The translations under genes were made by a program, and so were the position numbers. 58,470 nucleotides of DNA, from the IMG/VR virus record IMGVR_UViG_3300037313_002205, positions 1 through 58,470 of that record; one strand, written 5' to 3'. This document shows, in pieces, positions 36,435 to 46,126 of this stretch (positions are counted from its first letter, which is position 1; each line of letters begins with the position of its first letter). The notes below the pieces were generated by a model, which saw only the letters and a program-made list of their open reading frames with translations, was not told the origin of the DNA and did not search any database. The DNA is from a virus. Lineage: Duplodnaviria > Caudoviricetes.

Positions 36435-36764
36435 TCACTCCACGATTTGCCGTCCTTTAACGGCGCAGATGAGGCGCTCGGCTTGATTGCTAATACCAGC
36501 GCACGGATCAGCAGGTTGCGCTACTGGTGCGACAACCGCTGTTTTGCCGCCGGCTGACTGTCCGCTGGTCAACACCAGCAGGATAACCTGGAACGCGGTT
36601 AGCAATCCCAGGCCCCACACCAGCACATACGGCCACCGCCGGCGCTTCGGCGGTCCAGGGCGCTGACCGACGGCGGGAAGCCCAGCCGTCGGTGGGCACG
36701 CCTGCGCGAAATAGCGCGGAAAGCGGGATTGTAATTCTTGTGCCAAATTAAACCTCCGGTACAC
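36435..36764 (-). CDS. Single-TM membrane protein
   Basis: KRRRWPYVLVWGLGLL.. TM segment; Cys pair near C-terminus. Confidence 0.5.
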   Translation of the reverse strand: MYRRFNLAQELQSRFPRYFAQACPPTAGLPAVGQRPGPPKRRRWPYVLVWGLGLLTAFQVILLVLTSGQSAGGKTAVVAPVAQPADPCAGISNQAERLICAVKGRQIVE

Positions 36765-38322
36765 CCTTGACCGCTTCCCTGATGCGGCGCAGGCATTCAG
36801 CCTGATCGAAGCGCGCGTCGATCATTTCACGCGTGGCGGCGTAGCTCTCGTTGTGCCAGGAATGACGCACATGAGCGACCTCGTGCTTGCCCATGCTCAT
36901 CAGCCGTAGCAGATCAGCGCGATCGGTGAGGGCAAAATCGAGTTTTCCCTCTTCGTTCACCGGTCGCAGCGACAGCACGTGGCCGTCGCGTAGCTCCCGA
37001 TGGTCCGCCGGCGCGTCCGAGAACGTGAAACCAACGCCCCAGGACAGGTGATCAACATGGTAGAAATCCATGTAGATTTCAAGTGCATATTCGCAGACGA
37101 TTTTCCAGGCAAGCAGAACTTTGACAACATTACCACCACGGCGAGTGTAACGACCGCCGCCGAGATACTGCTCCTGCCAATTCTGCGGCAAGTACTGCGC
37201 GATCGACTTGCGCATCGCGGCCGAATCGGTCTCGTCGAAGACGAAGATGTCGCCGAAGGTATCATGCAGCCAGCGGGTGAAAACCGACCGGTCATCGAGT
37301 TCTTGGTAGTTGGTGACATACGGCCTGTCGGCATCAAGTGCGGCGAAGGCCGCCGCCTGCTGCTGCGCACCGACGCCGACACGGGACGCTGGCACATACT
37401 CGGCGTCCGTCGGGCGCTCATGCGTCGCCTTCGGTTTCGGACGGCGGCGCGCACTCAACATGCCTCCGCCGGAGGCGATCGTCGTCTGCCGACGCTTGCG
37501 GTCGCGCACAGCCGATTTGTTATCCGCCGCCAGTTCCTGCATGAACAGTGACAGCGGACGCGAGTAGTCATAGCGTAGGCTGTCGCGGTTGGCGGTGAGC
37601 ATCTCGCGCGAGCCTTCAGCGAGCAACTCAACGACCACTTGCCCGTTGACTTCGGTACTGTCAGAAAACATGCTGACGCCGTTCACCCGAACCAGCAGTT
37701 TCTTCGTCGGCAGGCTCTTGTTGAAATACACGCGGGCAAAGATGTTGCCGTCTTCCGTCAACAGATCACGCACAGGCCGCCCGAGGTGGCCGGAGTTCAC
37801 GGTGATCGGCAAGCCGTTGAGCGTCACATTTGCGCTGAATCGCGACTCGACCAGAAACGCGTCGAGATAGCGCTTTGCCTGGGCAACGTCGCAGCCGTCC
37901 ATGTGCACGCGCACCTCGCAGCCCTCGGAGTACGGCATGTCATGGATTTCATAATCGCCGCCGATGCCGCGCGCTTCGTAGTTCTGCGAGCGGATGGCAT
38001 ACTGCTTCATGGCAAAGCACGTGAGGATGCGAGCACGGCCCATGCCGCCGATCGCGCCGGTGCCGCTCTTCGTCGTCGCGCCGACGGCAAAAAACACATT
38101 TTCCAGCACGTCGCGGGTCATGCCCGGGCCGTTGTCGCGAAACACCACGTAGCAATTGGCGTTTGGATCGTCAGTGTTCGTCGTCGCGATCTTAATGTCG
38201 ATCGCGGACGCGCCCTGGTCGATCGAATTTTGGAAAAGTTCCCTCCAGAACGCTTGCCTCCAATTAGAATACGAACGAATATCGTTCCGAAAAAAATCCG
38301 ACGAGAGCGATACGCGTTGCAT
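36748..38322 (-). CDS. GHKL (Hsp90/MORC/rIIA-like) ATPase with C-terminal HExxH motif
   Basis: RELFQNSID, DNGPGM, IGGMG; HEVAH..H; TTGACA-N16-TAATAT at 38377-38350. Confidence 0.75.
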   Translation of the reverse strand: MQRVSLSSDFFRNDIRSYSNWRQAFWRELFQNSIDQGASAIDIKIATTNTDDPNANCYVVFRDNGPGMTRDVLENVFFAVGATTKSGTGAIGGMGRARILTCFAMKQYAIRSQNYEARGIGGDYEIHDMPYSEGCEVRVHMDGCDVAQAKRYLDAFLVESRFSANVTLNGLPITVNSGHLGRPVRDLLTEDGNIFARVYFNKSLPTKKLLVRVNGVSMFSDSTEVNGQVVVELLAEGSREMLTANRDSLRYDYSRPLSLFMQELAADNKSAVRDRKRRQTTIASGGGMLSARRRPKPKATHERPTDAEYVPASRVGVGAQQQAAAFAALDADRPYVTNYQELDDRSVFTRWLHDTFGDIFVFDETDSAAMRKSIAQYLPQNWQEQYLGGGRYTRRGGNVVKVLLAWKIVCEYALEIYMDFYHVDHLSWGVGFTFSDAPADHRELRDGHVLSLRPVNEEGKLDFALTDRADLLRLMSMGKHEVAHVRHSWHNESYAATREMIDARFDQAECLRRIREAVKGVPEV

Positions 38323-38438
38323 GTCGATACTCCACGACTCTGTATCGTCATATTATCAGATTTGATGCGATTGTCAAGTGATTTGTGGAGCGAGCCAAGG
38401 GTCTTCACATTTCCGCTAGAGCGGGCTACGGTGCGGAC

Positions 38439-39875
38439 ATGACCCAGATCAACGCCCTCCCACTGATCCGCAGTCGCCGAAACGGCCGCGCGCTGTGCCG
38501 GCATGCGCTCAGCTTGGCCGCCGCCATCATAGGACCGGTGGCGACCTTCACCGCTGGGTCGCTGTGGATCGAATACGACGTTCTGGCCGACATGCCCGCC
38601 CAAGTGGCTATTCCGGTGCGTGATGCCTTGCGCATGGAGGTCGCGCTGGCGGTTGCGACCGGGTGGCTCGGCTGTGTGCTAGTCGCCCGGACGGTGCGCC
38701 GGATCAGGTCAGATCAAGCGCGGCCCGAGGAGGAGCGCTTGCGGTTGGTGGCCGAACACATGGAAGCGCTCGGGCATCTGGCCGGTGGCATCGCCCATGA
38801 CTTCAACAACGTGCTGCAAGCGGTGCAGAGCGGTAGTTCGCTCATTTTGGAACGCCCGGGCGACGTCTCGGAGGTGCGGCGGATTGCCGACATCATCGAG
38901 AAAGCCTCCGAACGCGGCGCCGCCATCACCAGCCGACTATTGACGTTCGCGCGGCAGAGCGATCTGACGGCGGTTGCCATCGATACGGCGCGATTTCTGC
39001 GCGATATGGGCGACATGCTCAGACACACGCTGGGCACTGGAATAGAAGTGCGCCTCGACCTTCCCGACGAGCCGCTGCCGCCGCTGTTTGCTGATAAACA
39101 GCAACTGGCGACCGTTTTGATCAATCTGGCGACGAATGCCCGTGACGCCATGAATAATCTCGGTGTGCTTACTCTCGCCGCGCGGGTGAGGAATGGAGAA
39201 GAAGTAATCTCAAAGCGTTTTACTCTCAAGCCCGGACATTATATCTGTCTGACCGTCACCGATAACGGTTGCGGCATGAGCGAAGCTGTGATGAATCGCG
39301 TCTTCGAACCGCTGTTTACCACCAAGCCGCAAGGTCGGGGTACCGGTCTTGGCCTATCGATGGCGCACAGGTTCGCAGAACAGAGTGGGGGTGGAGTGGA
39401 CATTACCAGCAGGCTCAGTACAGGGACTACCGTAATGCTTTATGTACCACTGTCGAAATCCCAGCCGATCGCCGAAGGTCGAATCTCTCCGGCAGGAGAG
39501 GTGAAGCGTCGGACGATTATCCTGGTGGATGATGACGAAATGGTCCGTGAGATGATCGAGGACCAATTGGTTTTGGGGGGATTTGAGGTGTATGCCTTCG
39601 ATGGTGGCCAGGAGGCACTCGACGCGCTTGACGATGGCCTGCATGCTGACGCCATGGTGGCGGATTTGTCAATGCCGCACATGGACGGGATCATGCTGAT
39701 CAAGGAAGCGCAAGCGCGGCAGGTGAACTTACCGGCAATTCTGTTGAGCGGTTTCGCGACCGACGACGTCCGTGATCGTGGCTTGGACGAGGTGCGCGCC
39801 ACCACCTTGCGTAAACCAGTGACTGGCAAAGAACTGACGGCTCATTTGCATTCAGTGATCAACGCCGCCGGTTAA
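38439..39875 (+). CDS. Membrane hybrid sensor histidine kinase (HisKA-HATPase-REC), CckA-like subfamily
   Basis: Two TMs; GGIAHDFNNVL; NLATNARDAM; DNGCGM; FTTK..GTGLGL; REC domain VDDD..ADLSMP..KP. Confidence 0.92.
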   Translation: MTQINALPLIRSRRNGRALCRHALSLAAAIIGPVATFTAGSLWIEYDVLADMPAQVAIPVRDALRMEVALAVATGWLGCVLVARTVRRIRSDQARPEEERLRLVAEHMEALGHLAGGIAHDFNNVLQAVQSGSSLILERPGDVSEVRRIADIIEKASERGAAITSRLLTFARQSDLTAVAIDTARFLRDMGDMLRHTLGTGIEVRLDLPDEPLPPLFADKQQLATVLINLATNARDAMNNLGVLTLAARVRNGEEVISKRFTLKPGHYICLTVTDNGCGMSEAVMNRVFEPLFTTKPQGRGTGLGLSMAHRFAEQSGGGVDITSRLSTGTTVMLYVPLSKSQPIAEGRISPAGEVKRRTIILVDDDEMVREMIEDQLVLGGFEVYAFDGGQEALDALDDGLHADAMVADLSMPHMDGIMLIKEAQARQVNLPAILLSGFATDDVRDRGLDEVRATTLRKPVTGKELTAHLHSVINAAG

Positions 39876-40218
39876 GTCGCCAGAGCGTCGGGGCGGGGTC
39901 TTTACTTGATCTCGCCCCAGCCCGCGTAAATACGCAACGACGACATGAGAGATGGTTGATGCGTATTGACGAGTTGCGGCGGCGGATCATGAGCAGGCAG
40001 TTTGTCGCCAGAACCCTGGCCCATCTAATCGGCCTGCTCATTGGCGCAATGGCGCTCACCGGGGCGCTGTGGCTGTGGTATTTGTTCCATAGTCCTTTGG
40101 CAGTTCATAAATAAGTAAAAAACCGCTGCTTTTATCGTCTTTCCGCAACCTATTCTCTGCTGCTCGTTAAATATATCGATGCGTGAGCGCATCTTAAAGG
40201 CAGCAACCTTTTAGGAGA

Positions 40219-41334
40219 ATGAAATTGCGGACACTACTTGAGAAAGCGATTGTCCATCTTCTTAACGGTGACGAGACGAAAGCGGCTGCGCTGTTCCACA
40301 AGTTTATGGTTGAGCGCGCACGCCAAATTCATGAGTCGATCCGTCAAGATGATGACACCGACGAAGCTCTTGACGAAAACTGGGATCAAGAGATTACCGA
40401 AGAAGAGTATTTCGGCGACGACGATCTGAACGACGAGCCGGAAGCTGTTGATGGCCCTCCGCCCGATGACGATCCCGAGGCGATGCCAATGGACGATATG
40501 ACCGCCGATGATGGTGCTGAAATGCATGCTGACGCGGATGCCGATATGCCGGATGATGAGTTCGGCGCCGATGATGACATGGGCGATGATCTCGGCGGCG
40601 AACCCGACGTCGAAGGCAAGATCGACGAACTGGCCGACAAGATCGACGACCTAACCGCCGAGTTCGACCGCATGATGGCCGAGTTCCACGACGAGGAGCC
40701 AGTTGCCGGCGATGATATGGGCGCCGATGCCGATATGGCTGATGACGGCATGCCACCGGCCGATGATTTCGGCAGTGACGAGCCTGACGTCGAGGACGAG
40801 ACCGACGATCTGGCCGATAATCTCGGTGACGACATGGTCGCCGACGATGACGATGATGACCACGAGCATCCAGTTGCCGAAGGTGCCGAGGAACCGCCTG
40901 CGTCCGCTGAGGAAGGTGGCGATGATGATGACCTTCAGGACATCACCGAATCTGTCTTGGCCGAACTTGACAAGATCGGCGCGCCGAGCAACAGCGAAGG
41001 TAAGGGCGTTGGGAGCGTGTCGCAGCCGTCCAACATCACCAATAACAAGAACTCGCCAGTGCCACATCACAATGTGATGGACCGGCAGAAGGGCGAGCCG
41101 GTGATGACCAAAGGGCCGAATCACGATCATTACAACAAGGAACCGTCGCCTGCGGTGAAGCCGCCGACCACGGTAGTGAAGGACGTGCGCAAGCCCAATC
41201 GGCGTAACTCCTTCAAGGACACGATGCACACCGTGTCGCCGAAGGGCGATGCATCAGCCGAACTGAACAAGGATTTTGCGAGTGGCACCAAAGCCAGCAA
41301 GTCGATTATCGGTGACGGCAAACCGGTAAAGTAA
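40219..41334 (+). CDS. Acidic prohead core/internal head protein
   Basis: MKLRTLLE..A.ALFH...VE.AR.I.E N-terminus; very Asp/Glu-rich; TAAATA upstream; lies in the head module. Confidence 0.7.
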   Translation: MKLRTLLEKAIVHLLNGDETKAAALFHKFMVERARQIHESIRQDDDTDEALDENWDQEITEEEYFGDDDLNDEPEAVDGPPPDDDPEAMPMDDMTADDGAEMHADADADMPDDEFGADDDMGDDLGGEPDVEGKIDELADKIDDLTAEFDRMMAEFHDEEPVAGDDMGADADMADDGMPPADDFGSDEPDVEDETDDLADNLGDDMVADDDDDDHEHPVAEGAEEPPASAEEGGDDDDLQDITESVLAELDKIGAPSNSEGKGVGSVSQPSNITNNKNSPVPHHNVMDRQKGEPVMTKGPNHDHYNKEPSPAVKPPTTVVKDVRKPNRRNSFKDTMHTVSPKGDASAELNKDFASGTKASKSIIGDGKPVK

Positions 41335-41352
41335 TCGGTAGCGATTAACAAT

Positions 41353-41379
41353 AAAAAGGCTCTTCGCGAGCCTTTTTTT
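41353..41379. terminator. Intrinsic terminator
   Basis: AAAAAGGCTC-TTCGC-GAGCCTTTTTT. Confidence 0.75.
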
Positions 41380-41456
41380 GTGACTAATGCGACCCGTTGA
41401 CAGTGCTATTTTTTTCTGCTCGATTGCACTGGCGCTATGCACGGAGGTGAACGCAG

Positions 41457-41645
41457 ATGATTCCTGACGAAGTCGCCGCATTCTTACAGCAATATATGAA
41501 CAAGGCCGCAAAGGCTGGTGCGCCGCAGCCCATAGAGGACAGTGTGCTGGGAGTAGCGCTAAAGCTGTTTACGCAAAGGCAGACGTTGAGCCAATGGGAC
41601 CGCGACGCGCTGGAGCGACGCTGGCACGATCTGTGGGGTCTGTGA
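41457..41645 (+). CDS. Hypothetical protein
   Basis: GGAGG SD; hairpin plus T run at 41652-41682. Confidence 0.55.
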   Translation: MIPDEVAAFLQQYMNKAAKAGAPQPIEDSVLGVALKLFTQRQTLSQWDRDALERRWHDLWGL

Positions 41646-41688
41646 TCGATTCGCCCCGGTGCTATAACACCGGGGCTTTTCTTCGCGA

Positions 41689-41991
41689 TTAGTTTTCCTC
41701 GCGCCTCGCTCGACGGTCGATTTCATCTTGCAGTTTTCTGGCACGCGGCAATAACGCCGCCATCTGGGCTAGATCGTTCTCGGTGAACTCAAGTTCTGTT
41801 TCCGGCACGCCCATGCACAGGGCCTCCATCCTCCACTGGGCCAGCTTCTCAGCGGTGAGGTTCCACGCGTGCTTGCGCATTTCAGTTTGAAAGTAGGTGC
41901 CTCCTAGGAAACGATCGGCCCTACCAGCAAGCATACCCGCCACCATCGACAGCGCAGCGTAATGATCATCCATAGGTCGGTGCTTCGGCAT
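41689..41991 (-). CDS. Hypothetical protein
   Basis: TTGACA with a CATACT -10 box just upstream. Confidence 0.5.
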   Translation of the reverse strand: MPKHRPMDDHYAALSMVAGMLAGRADRFLGGTYFQTEMRKHAWNLTAEKLAQWRMEALCMGVPETELEFTENDLAQMAALLPRARKLQDEIDRRARREEN

Positions 41992-42081
41992 GTAACTAGT
42001 ATGCAGCGACGCGAGCCGATGTCAACCGCCAACGTCGCCACCGCAATAAATAACACATAATCAAACCCGCGAGCGTGCGAG

Positions 42082-42702
42082 ATGCTACTTACAGAACAAC
42101 TCTCCTATGGTCAGGCACAGTGTGTCGTCGAACGCGAGGAACACCCAGACGGTAAGAACCTGTATATGAAGGGCATCTTCATTCAGGGCGGCGTGCGGAA
42201 CTTTAATCAGCGCGTTTATCCGGTGCATGAAATCCATGCTGCCGTCGAGGCGATGAACAAACAGGCCAAGGAGACCAACGGTATTCTCGGCGAATGCGAC
42301 CATCCCGAGGAATTGACGATCAACCTCGATCGTGTCAGCCACATTATTACCGAAATGTGGATGGAGGGCAGCAACGGCATGGGCAAGCTGAAGATTGTCG
42401 ATACACCGATGGGGAAGATCGTTCGCACATTGATCGAGTCTGGCGTGCACTTGGGCGTCTCAAGCCGAGGTGTCGGCAATGTTGACGACCGTGGCGAAGT
42501 CAGTGGTTTCGAGATAGTCACTATCGACATTGTTTGTCGGCCATCGGCACCGCAAGCCTTTCCAAAACCAGTTTACGAATCACTCCAGGACAAGCGCGGC
42601 CGCTCACTTAAGGAACTGGCCGAGGCAGTGGTGCATGATCCGAAGGCGCAAAAACACTTTCATAAAGAAATGCTCCATCTGATCGATACCTTGCGCGCCT
42701 AA
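42082..42702 (+). CDS. Prohead protease (T4 gp21-like)
   Basis: GIFIQG..N.NQRVYP; GECDHP; VSH; GVSSRG.G; DIV..PSAP.A. Confidence 0.95.
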   Translation: MLLTEQLSYGQAQCVVEREEHPDGKNLYMKGIFIQGGVRNFNQRVYPVHEIHAAVEAMNKQAKETNGILGECDHPEELTINLDRVSHIITEMWMEGSNGMGKLKIVDTPMGKIVRTLIESGVHLGVSSRGVGNVDDRGEVSGFEIVTIDIVCRPSAPQAFPKPVYESLQDKRGRSLKELAEAVVHDPKAQKHFHKEMLHLIDTLRA

Positions 42703-42743
42703 AACATATAGACTGATCAAATTCGAGTGACTACAATAAGGGG

Positions 42744-44498
42744 ATGAAAAAACATCCCCTTTCTGCTGCCCTCCAACAGCATCTCGCGCGTTACAGGGGT
42801 AACTGGGTCAAACATCTCCCGCTCGAACTTCGCGCCGCACTTGAAAATATCGATGCGTGCGACCTAAAACGCGCGGCGACGATTCTCATCCACGGCGATC
42901 CAACCTGCGCGTTCGGGCGGCAGCGATCTTCCAAACGTATCAAGGATGGATGGAAGTTCTGCGGCAACGGTTCAGCATGCCCTTGTTTTATGGAGCATTA
43001 TCGCACGGAATCCGTAAAAACAAATATGGCGAAATATGGCGTAAAAAATGCGGCGCAAAGCGAAGCGGTAAAAGCAACAATGAGAGCCACGTGCTTGGAA
43101 CGATACGGAGTCGAATATAGCGGTGCGTCGGAAGAGCGTAGAGAAAAGGCAGAGGCGACCAACCTCGCACGATACGGGGCTAAGAACGTTTTTGCTTCCG
43201 AGCAAATCAAGCGACAAATCCGAGAAAAAACAAGGGCTGAGCACGGCGTTGATCATATCAGCCAGTCATCCGCTCATCAGGCTAAAATGCGTCAAGCCAT
43301 CACAGAAAAATACGGTGTCGAGTATATTTCTCAGCATCCGGATTTTAGGGCAACAGTGGCGGCTACAAACACGCAACGGTATGGCGGAGTGGCTCCGGCG
43401 TGTTCACCTGACGTAACCGCCAAAATGCGCGCGACAATGAATGAACGATACGGTGGACATTACGGACATCTACACATCGAGCCTGAGCGGAGAATCGTTG
43501 ATGAGGCCGACTTCCGCGCGCGGTTTACCGGGCGCCGGGCGGCCGAAATTGCTGAGGAGACCGGCTACGACAAGTCGCTGATATACCGCTATGCGGAGCA
43601 GTGGAGTGTTGAGCTTGATCACGCATATACCGATCGTCGTGGCGCTGAGAATGCGTTGGCGGCACGACTGGAAGCCGAAGGATTATCGTTCGAACGCAAT
43701 CGACGTTTGCTCGTGCCTACAGGGGCAGGCGGCGATCGCCGCCGTCACCAGGAAATCGACATCTATTTTGCGGCGCATAAATTCGGCATAGAGTTGTGCG
43801 GAGGATTTTGGCATAGCGACGCCAACGGTCGGACGAAGAATTACCATAAAGAAAAAATGGAGCTTGCTCACGCAGCAGGCATCGATCTTATTCAAATTTT
43901 TGAGGATGAGTGGGTTAATCATCTGGAGGCGGTGATTTCGAGTATCCTCCACCGTATCGGGATATCGAAAAACCGAGTATTCGCCCGGAAATGCATCTTG
44001 ACACAGGTCTCCTTTGCCGATGCGTCGGTGTTTTATGATCGTTATCATGTTTTCGGTGCTGTCGCTGCGACTGTTCATTTTGGTCTGACTTACGAGCAGG
44101 CTTTGGTTGCCTGTATGTCGTTCACCCGGCGTGGCGAAGGCCATTGGGAGCTTGTGCGGTATGCCACCTCGCAGCTTGTAGTCGGCGGAGCTAGTCGATT
44201 GCTAAACGTATTTGAACATCAATACGAGTGGACGACAATCGTCTCTTTCGCCGATTTGCGTTGGAGCCAAGGCAGGCTCTACTACACCTTGGGGTTCACA
44301 CTTGATCAAATTCTGCCCCCGGACTATAGCTACGTCATCGGGGATCAGCGGGTCCACAAGTTCAATCTCAGGAAAACCAGCAAGCGATTTGCTAAGTATG
44401 CCGGATCAGGATTGACCGAGCGACAAATGGCTGAGGCTGAGAATATCCCGCGTGTATATGACGCCGGCAAGCTTCGCATGATAAAGCGCAAGGTATAA
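42744..44498 (+). CDS. Hef-like free-standing homing endonuclease (xYGV repeats, PD-(D/E)xK domain, Mom-like C-terminal domain)
   Basis: Repeated T...(K/R)YGV; EIDIY..IE..G.FWH; IFEDEW; FADLRWS.G..Y..LGF. Confidence 0.8.
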   Translation: MKKHPLSAALQQHLARYRGNWVKHLPLELRAALENIDACDLKRAATILIHGDPTCAFGRQRSSKRIKDGWKFCGNGSACPCFMEHYRTESVKTNMAKYGVKNAAQSEAVKATMRATCLERYGVEYSGASEERREKAEATNLARYGAKNVFASEQIKRQIREKTRAEHGVDHISQSSAHQAKMRQAITEKYGVEYISQHPDFRATVAATNTQRYGGVAPACSPDVTAKMRATMNERYGGHYGHLHIEPERRIVDEADFRARFTGRRAAEIAEETGYDKSLIYRYAEQWSVELDHAYTDRRGAENALAARLEAEGLSFERNRRLLVPTGAGGDRRRHQEIDIYFAAHKFGIELCGGFWHSDANGRTKNYHKEKMELAHAAGIDLIQIFEDEWVNHLEAVISSILHRIGISKNRVFARKCILTQVSFADASVFYDRYHVFGAVAATVHFGLTYEQALVACMSFTRRGEGHWELVRYATSQLVVGGASRLLNVFEHQYEWTTIVSFADLRWSQGRLYYTLGFTLDQILPPDYSYVIGDQRVHKFNLRKTSKRFAKYAGSGLTERQMAEAENIPRVYDAGKLRMIKRKV

Positions 44499-44568
44499 TA
44501 TCGCCGTCATAGTTTGACAGGTCCGCCGATCGGAGCAAGGCTGAGCATTCTTAGAAGAGGTCACACTC

Positions 44569-44760
44569 ATGCTAAGATTGGCCCTAGCCGCCGTCGTCAT
44601 CGGGTTGGTGCTATCGAACCTCTTTAGGGCTTATGACAAATGGGGACGCGTACGGCGCTATCGTCGCGGACAGCGCAAGCGGGCAGCAGTCAGAGTGCTG
44701 TGCATTGCCTGGGTCCTCGTCGTCGCCGCTACGGCTTTGCTGCCACTGTTGTTTTGGTAG
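44569..44760 (+). CDS. Small two-TM membrane protein
   Basis: Two hydrophobic segments flanking a basic loop; GAGG SD. Confidence 0.5.
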   Translation: MLRLALAAVVIGLVLSNLFRAYDKWGRVRRYRRGQRKRAAVRVLCIAWVLVVAATALLPLLFW

Positions 44761-44839
44761 ACAAAAACTGTCATAATAAACATATTTCCTTGGCGACGAT
44801 AAATGATTAGCATCCGATGATCTTATACTGGAGATCATC

Positions 44840-45136
44840 ATGAAACAGACGATGCTTGATCGCGCGCGGCAGGACTTTAAGCGGGCGCGCAGTCGCCACG
44901 AGACCTTGCGTCCGCCGCTGCGCGTTGAGGCCGAGCGGCTGCTCCCGGATATCGAAAAGAAGATAGAACGGGCCGCCAAGGCCGAGCAGCCGATGGCGAT
45001 CTATCACGTCGAATCGAAGTATAGCGGCAACATCGACGGACTGATCACCGAGCTAACTGCCGTCCTGGCGGCTGAAGGTCTAACGGTGTCGCCGCAGGGT
45101 GATGGGGTCATTCACATCACCGGCTGGGATAATTAA
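44840..45136 (+). CDS. Hypothetical protein
   Basis: GGAG SD. Confidence 0.55.
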   Translation: MKQTMLDRARQDFKRARSRHETLRPPLRVEAERLLPDIEKKIERAAKAEQPMAIYHVESKYSGNIDGLITELTAVLAAEGLTVSPQGDGVIHITGWDN

Positions 45137-45222
45137 TTTTGCCAGAAGGCTGCGACTCTGATTCTCAATATAATTTAGGCCACAACCTTGCGTAGCCATG
45201 CAGTTGGTCTTAGGCTACCTGC

Positions 45223-45636
45223 ATGGCAGGCAAAGCAGGAACACGGAAGCGTAATAGGACAAAGCGAGTGCGTGAGCAGCCTCCTCGCGATTGGATAACC
45301 TACAGCCAATTAGAGAAGGAGCGACTGCGCGATTTCGTCTATTTTGCGCTGGGCGATCCGAAAATGACGCCTTTTGAGGCTAATTTTATAAACGGCATGA
45401 AGCTTCGGCTCCAGTTTGATCCGATGTATATCTCGCGGAAGCAGACCGCGATCTTGGAGCAGATCAAAGAAAAACTGCATTACAATAATCCTGAGTCGTC
45501 CGACAATGTCGAAACGGACTACCTGGACATGGAAATCGACGAGTATGGCCGCTCGGGTATTGAGGCGAAATACGATAACGGCTTCGGTGATGATGAAGCA
45601 GACGGTATCGAAATCGTGCGCGAATTGAGGTCGTAG
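45223..45636 (+). CDS. Hypothetical protein (basic N-terminus, acidic C-terminus)
   Basis: MTPFEANFI..M...ISRKQ..IL..I helical motif. Confidence 0.55.
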   Translation: MAGKAGTRKRNRTKRVREQPPRDWITYSQLEKERLRDFVYFALGDPKMTPFEANFINGMKLRLQFDPMYISRKQTAILEQIKEKLHYNNPESSDNVETDYLDMEIDEYGRSGIEAKYDNGFGDDEADGIEIVRELRS

Positions 45637-45673
45637 GGTTGGCTGCTTCGAGCTAACGATGAAGCACGCTGGA

Positions 45674-45757
45674 TGGTGGACCGGAACCGAATTTGCACGG
45701 TTACAGCTTGCGCGGGGAATTTACAGTTCCTTGGGTTCACTCGTACCCAGCCGGTCC
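45674..45757 (-). tRNA. tRNA-Tyr(GTA), atypical
   Basis: Acceptor GGACCGG/CCGGTCC, anticodon loop CTGTAAA, long variable arm, encoded ACCA. Confidence 0.75.
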
Positions 45758-45765
45758 ATGAGAAG

Positions 45766-45841
45766 TGGTGCCAGGGGCAGGACTTCAACCTGCGACACGT
45801 GCCGTTTCGGGGCACTGTTCTAGCAACTGAACTACCCTGGC
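45766..45841 (-). tRNA. tRNA-Phe(GAA), atypical
   Basis: 76-nt cloverleaf GCCAGGG/CCCTGGC; anticodon loop CCGAAAC; encoded ACCA. Confidence 0.8.
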
Positions 45842-45868
45842 ATAGAAAATGGGTTGAATTTTAGTGCT

Positions 45869-45944
45869 TGGCATGGGTGGAGAGACTCGAACTCCCGACC
45901 GACCCGTTTGGAGCGGGTTGCTCTACCAACTGAGCTACACCCAT
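45869..45944 (-). tRNA. tRNA-Trp(CCA)
   Basis: Canonical 76-nt cloverleaf; loop CTCCAAA; TTCGAGT T-loop; encoded GCCA. Confidence 0.93.
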
Positions 45945-45955
45945 ATGCGGTGGGC

Positions 45956-45992
45956 AATAAAAATCCCCGCTCGGCGCGCTGCCAGCGGGGAT
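45956..45992 (-). terminator. Intrinsic terminator (putative attenuator) upstream of the tRNA cluster
   Basis: ATCCCCGCT...AGCGGGGAT followed by TTTTATT, 11 nt before tRNA-Trp. Confidence 0.75.
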
Positions 45993-46019
45993 ATTCAGAT
46001 CAGATGGTCTGGAGACGAC

Positions 46020-46121
46020 CTAGATCGTCTCCCCACCATCAGCATCCGCCCAGCCGGCTACCGCGCCGAAAAGATATCGGACGGTAAATCGCCAGCGCAG
46101 AGGGGGGCGGTTCGTGATCAT
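46020..46121 (-). CDS. Putative leader peptide MITNRPPLRWRFTVRYLFGAVAGWADADGGETI
   Basis: ATG 5 nt after the promoter box; W, F, Y, F, W codons; stop lies inside a hairpin upstream of the terminator. Confidence 0.65.
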   Translation of the reverse strand: MITNRPPLRWRFTVRYLFGAVAGWADADGGETI

Positions 46122-46126
46122 GGGTT

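Noticed and set aside
38323-38438. CtrA boxes (TTAA-N7-TTAA) near the kinase or other promoters
   Set aside because: No full-site match found by eye in the intergenic regions examined
45945-46121. T-box riboswitch as explanation of the tRNA leader
   Set aside because: No T-box consensus or stem I recognised; a translated leader fits better
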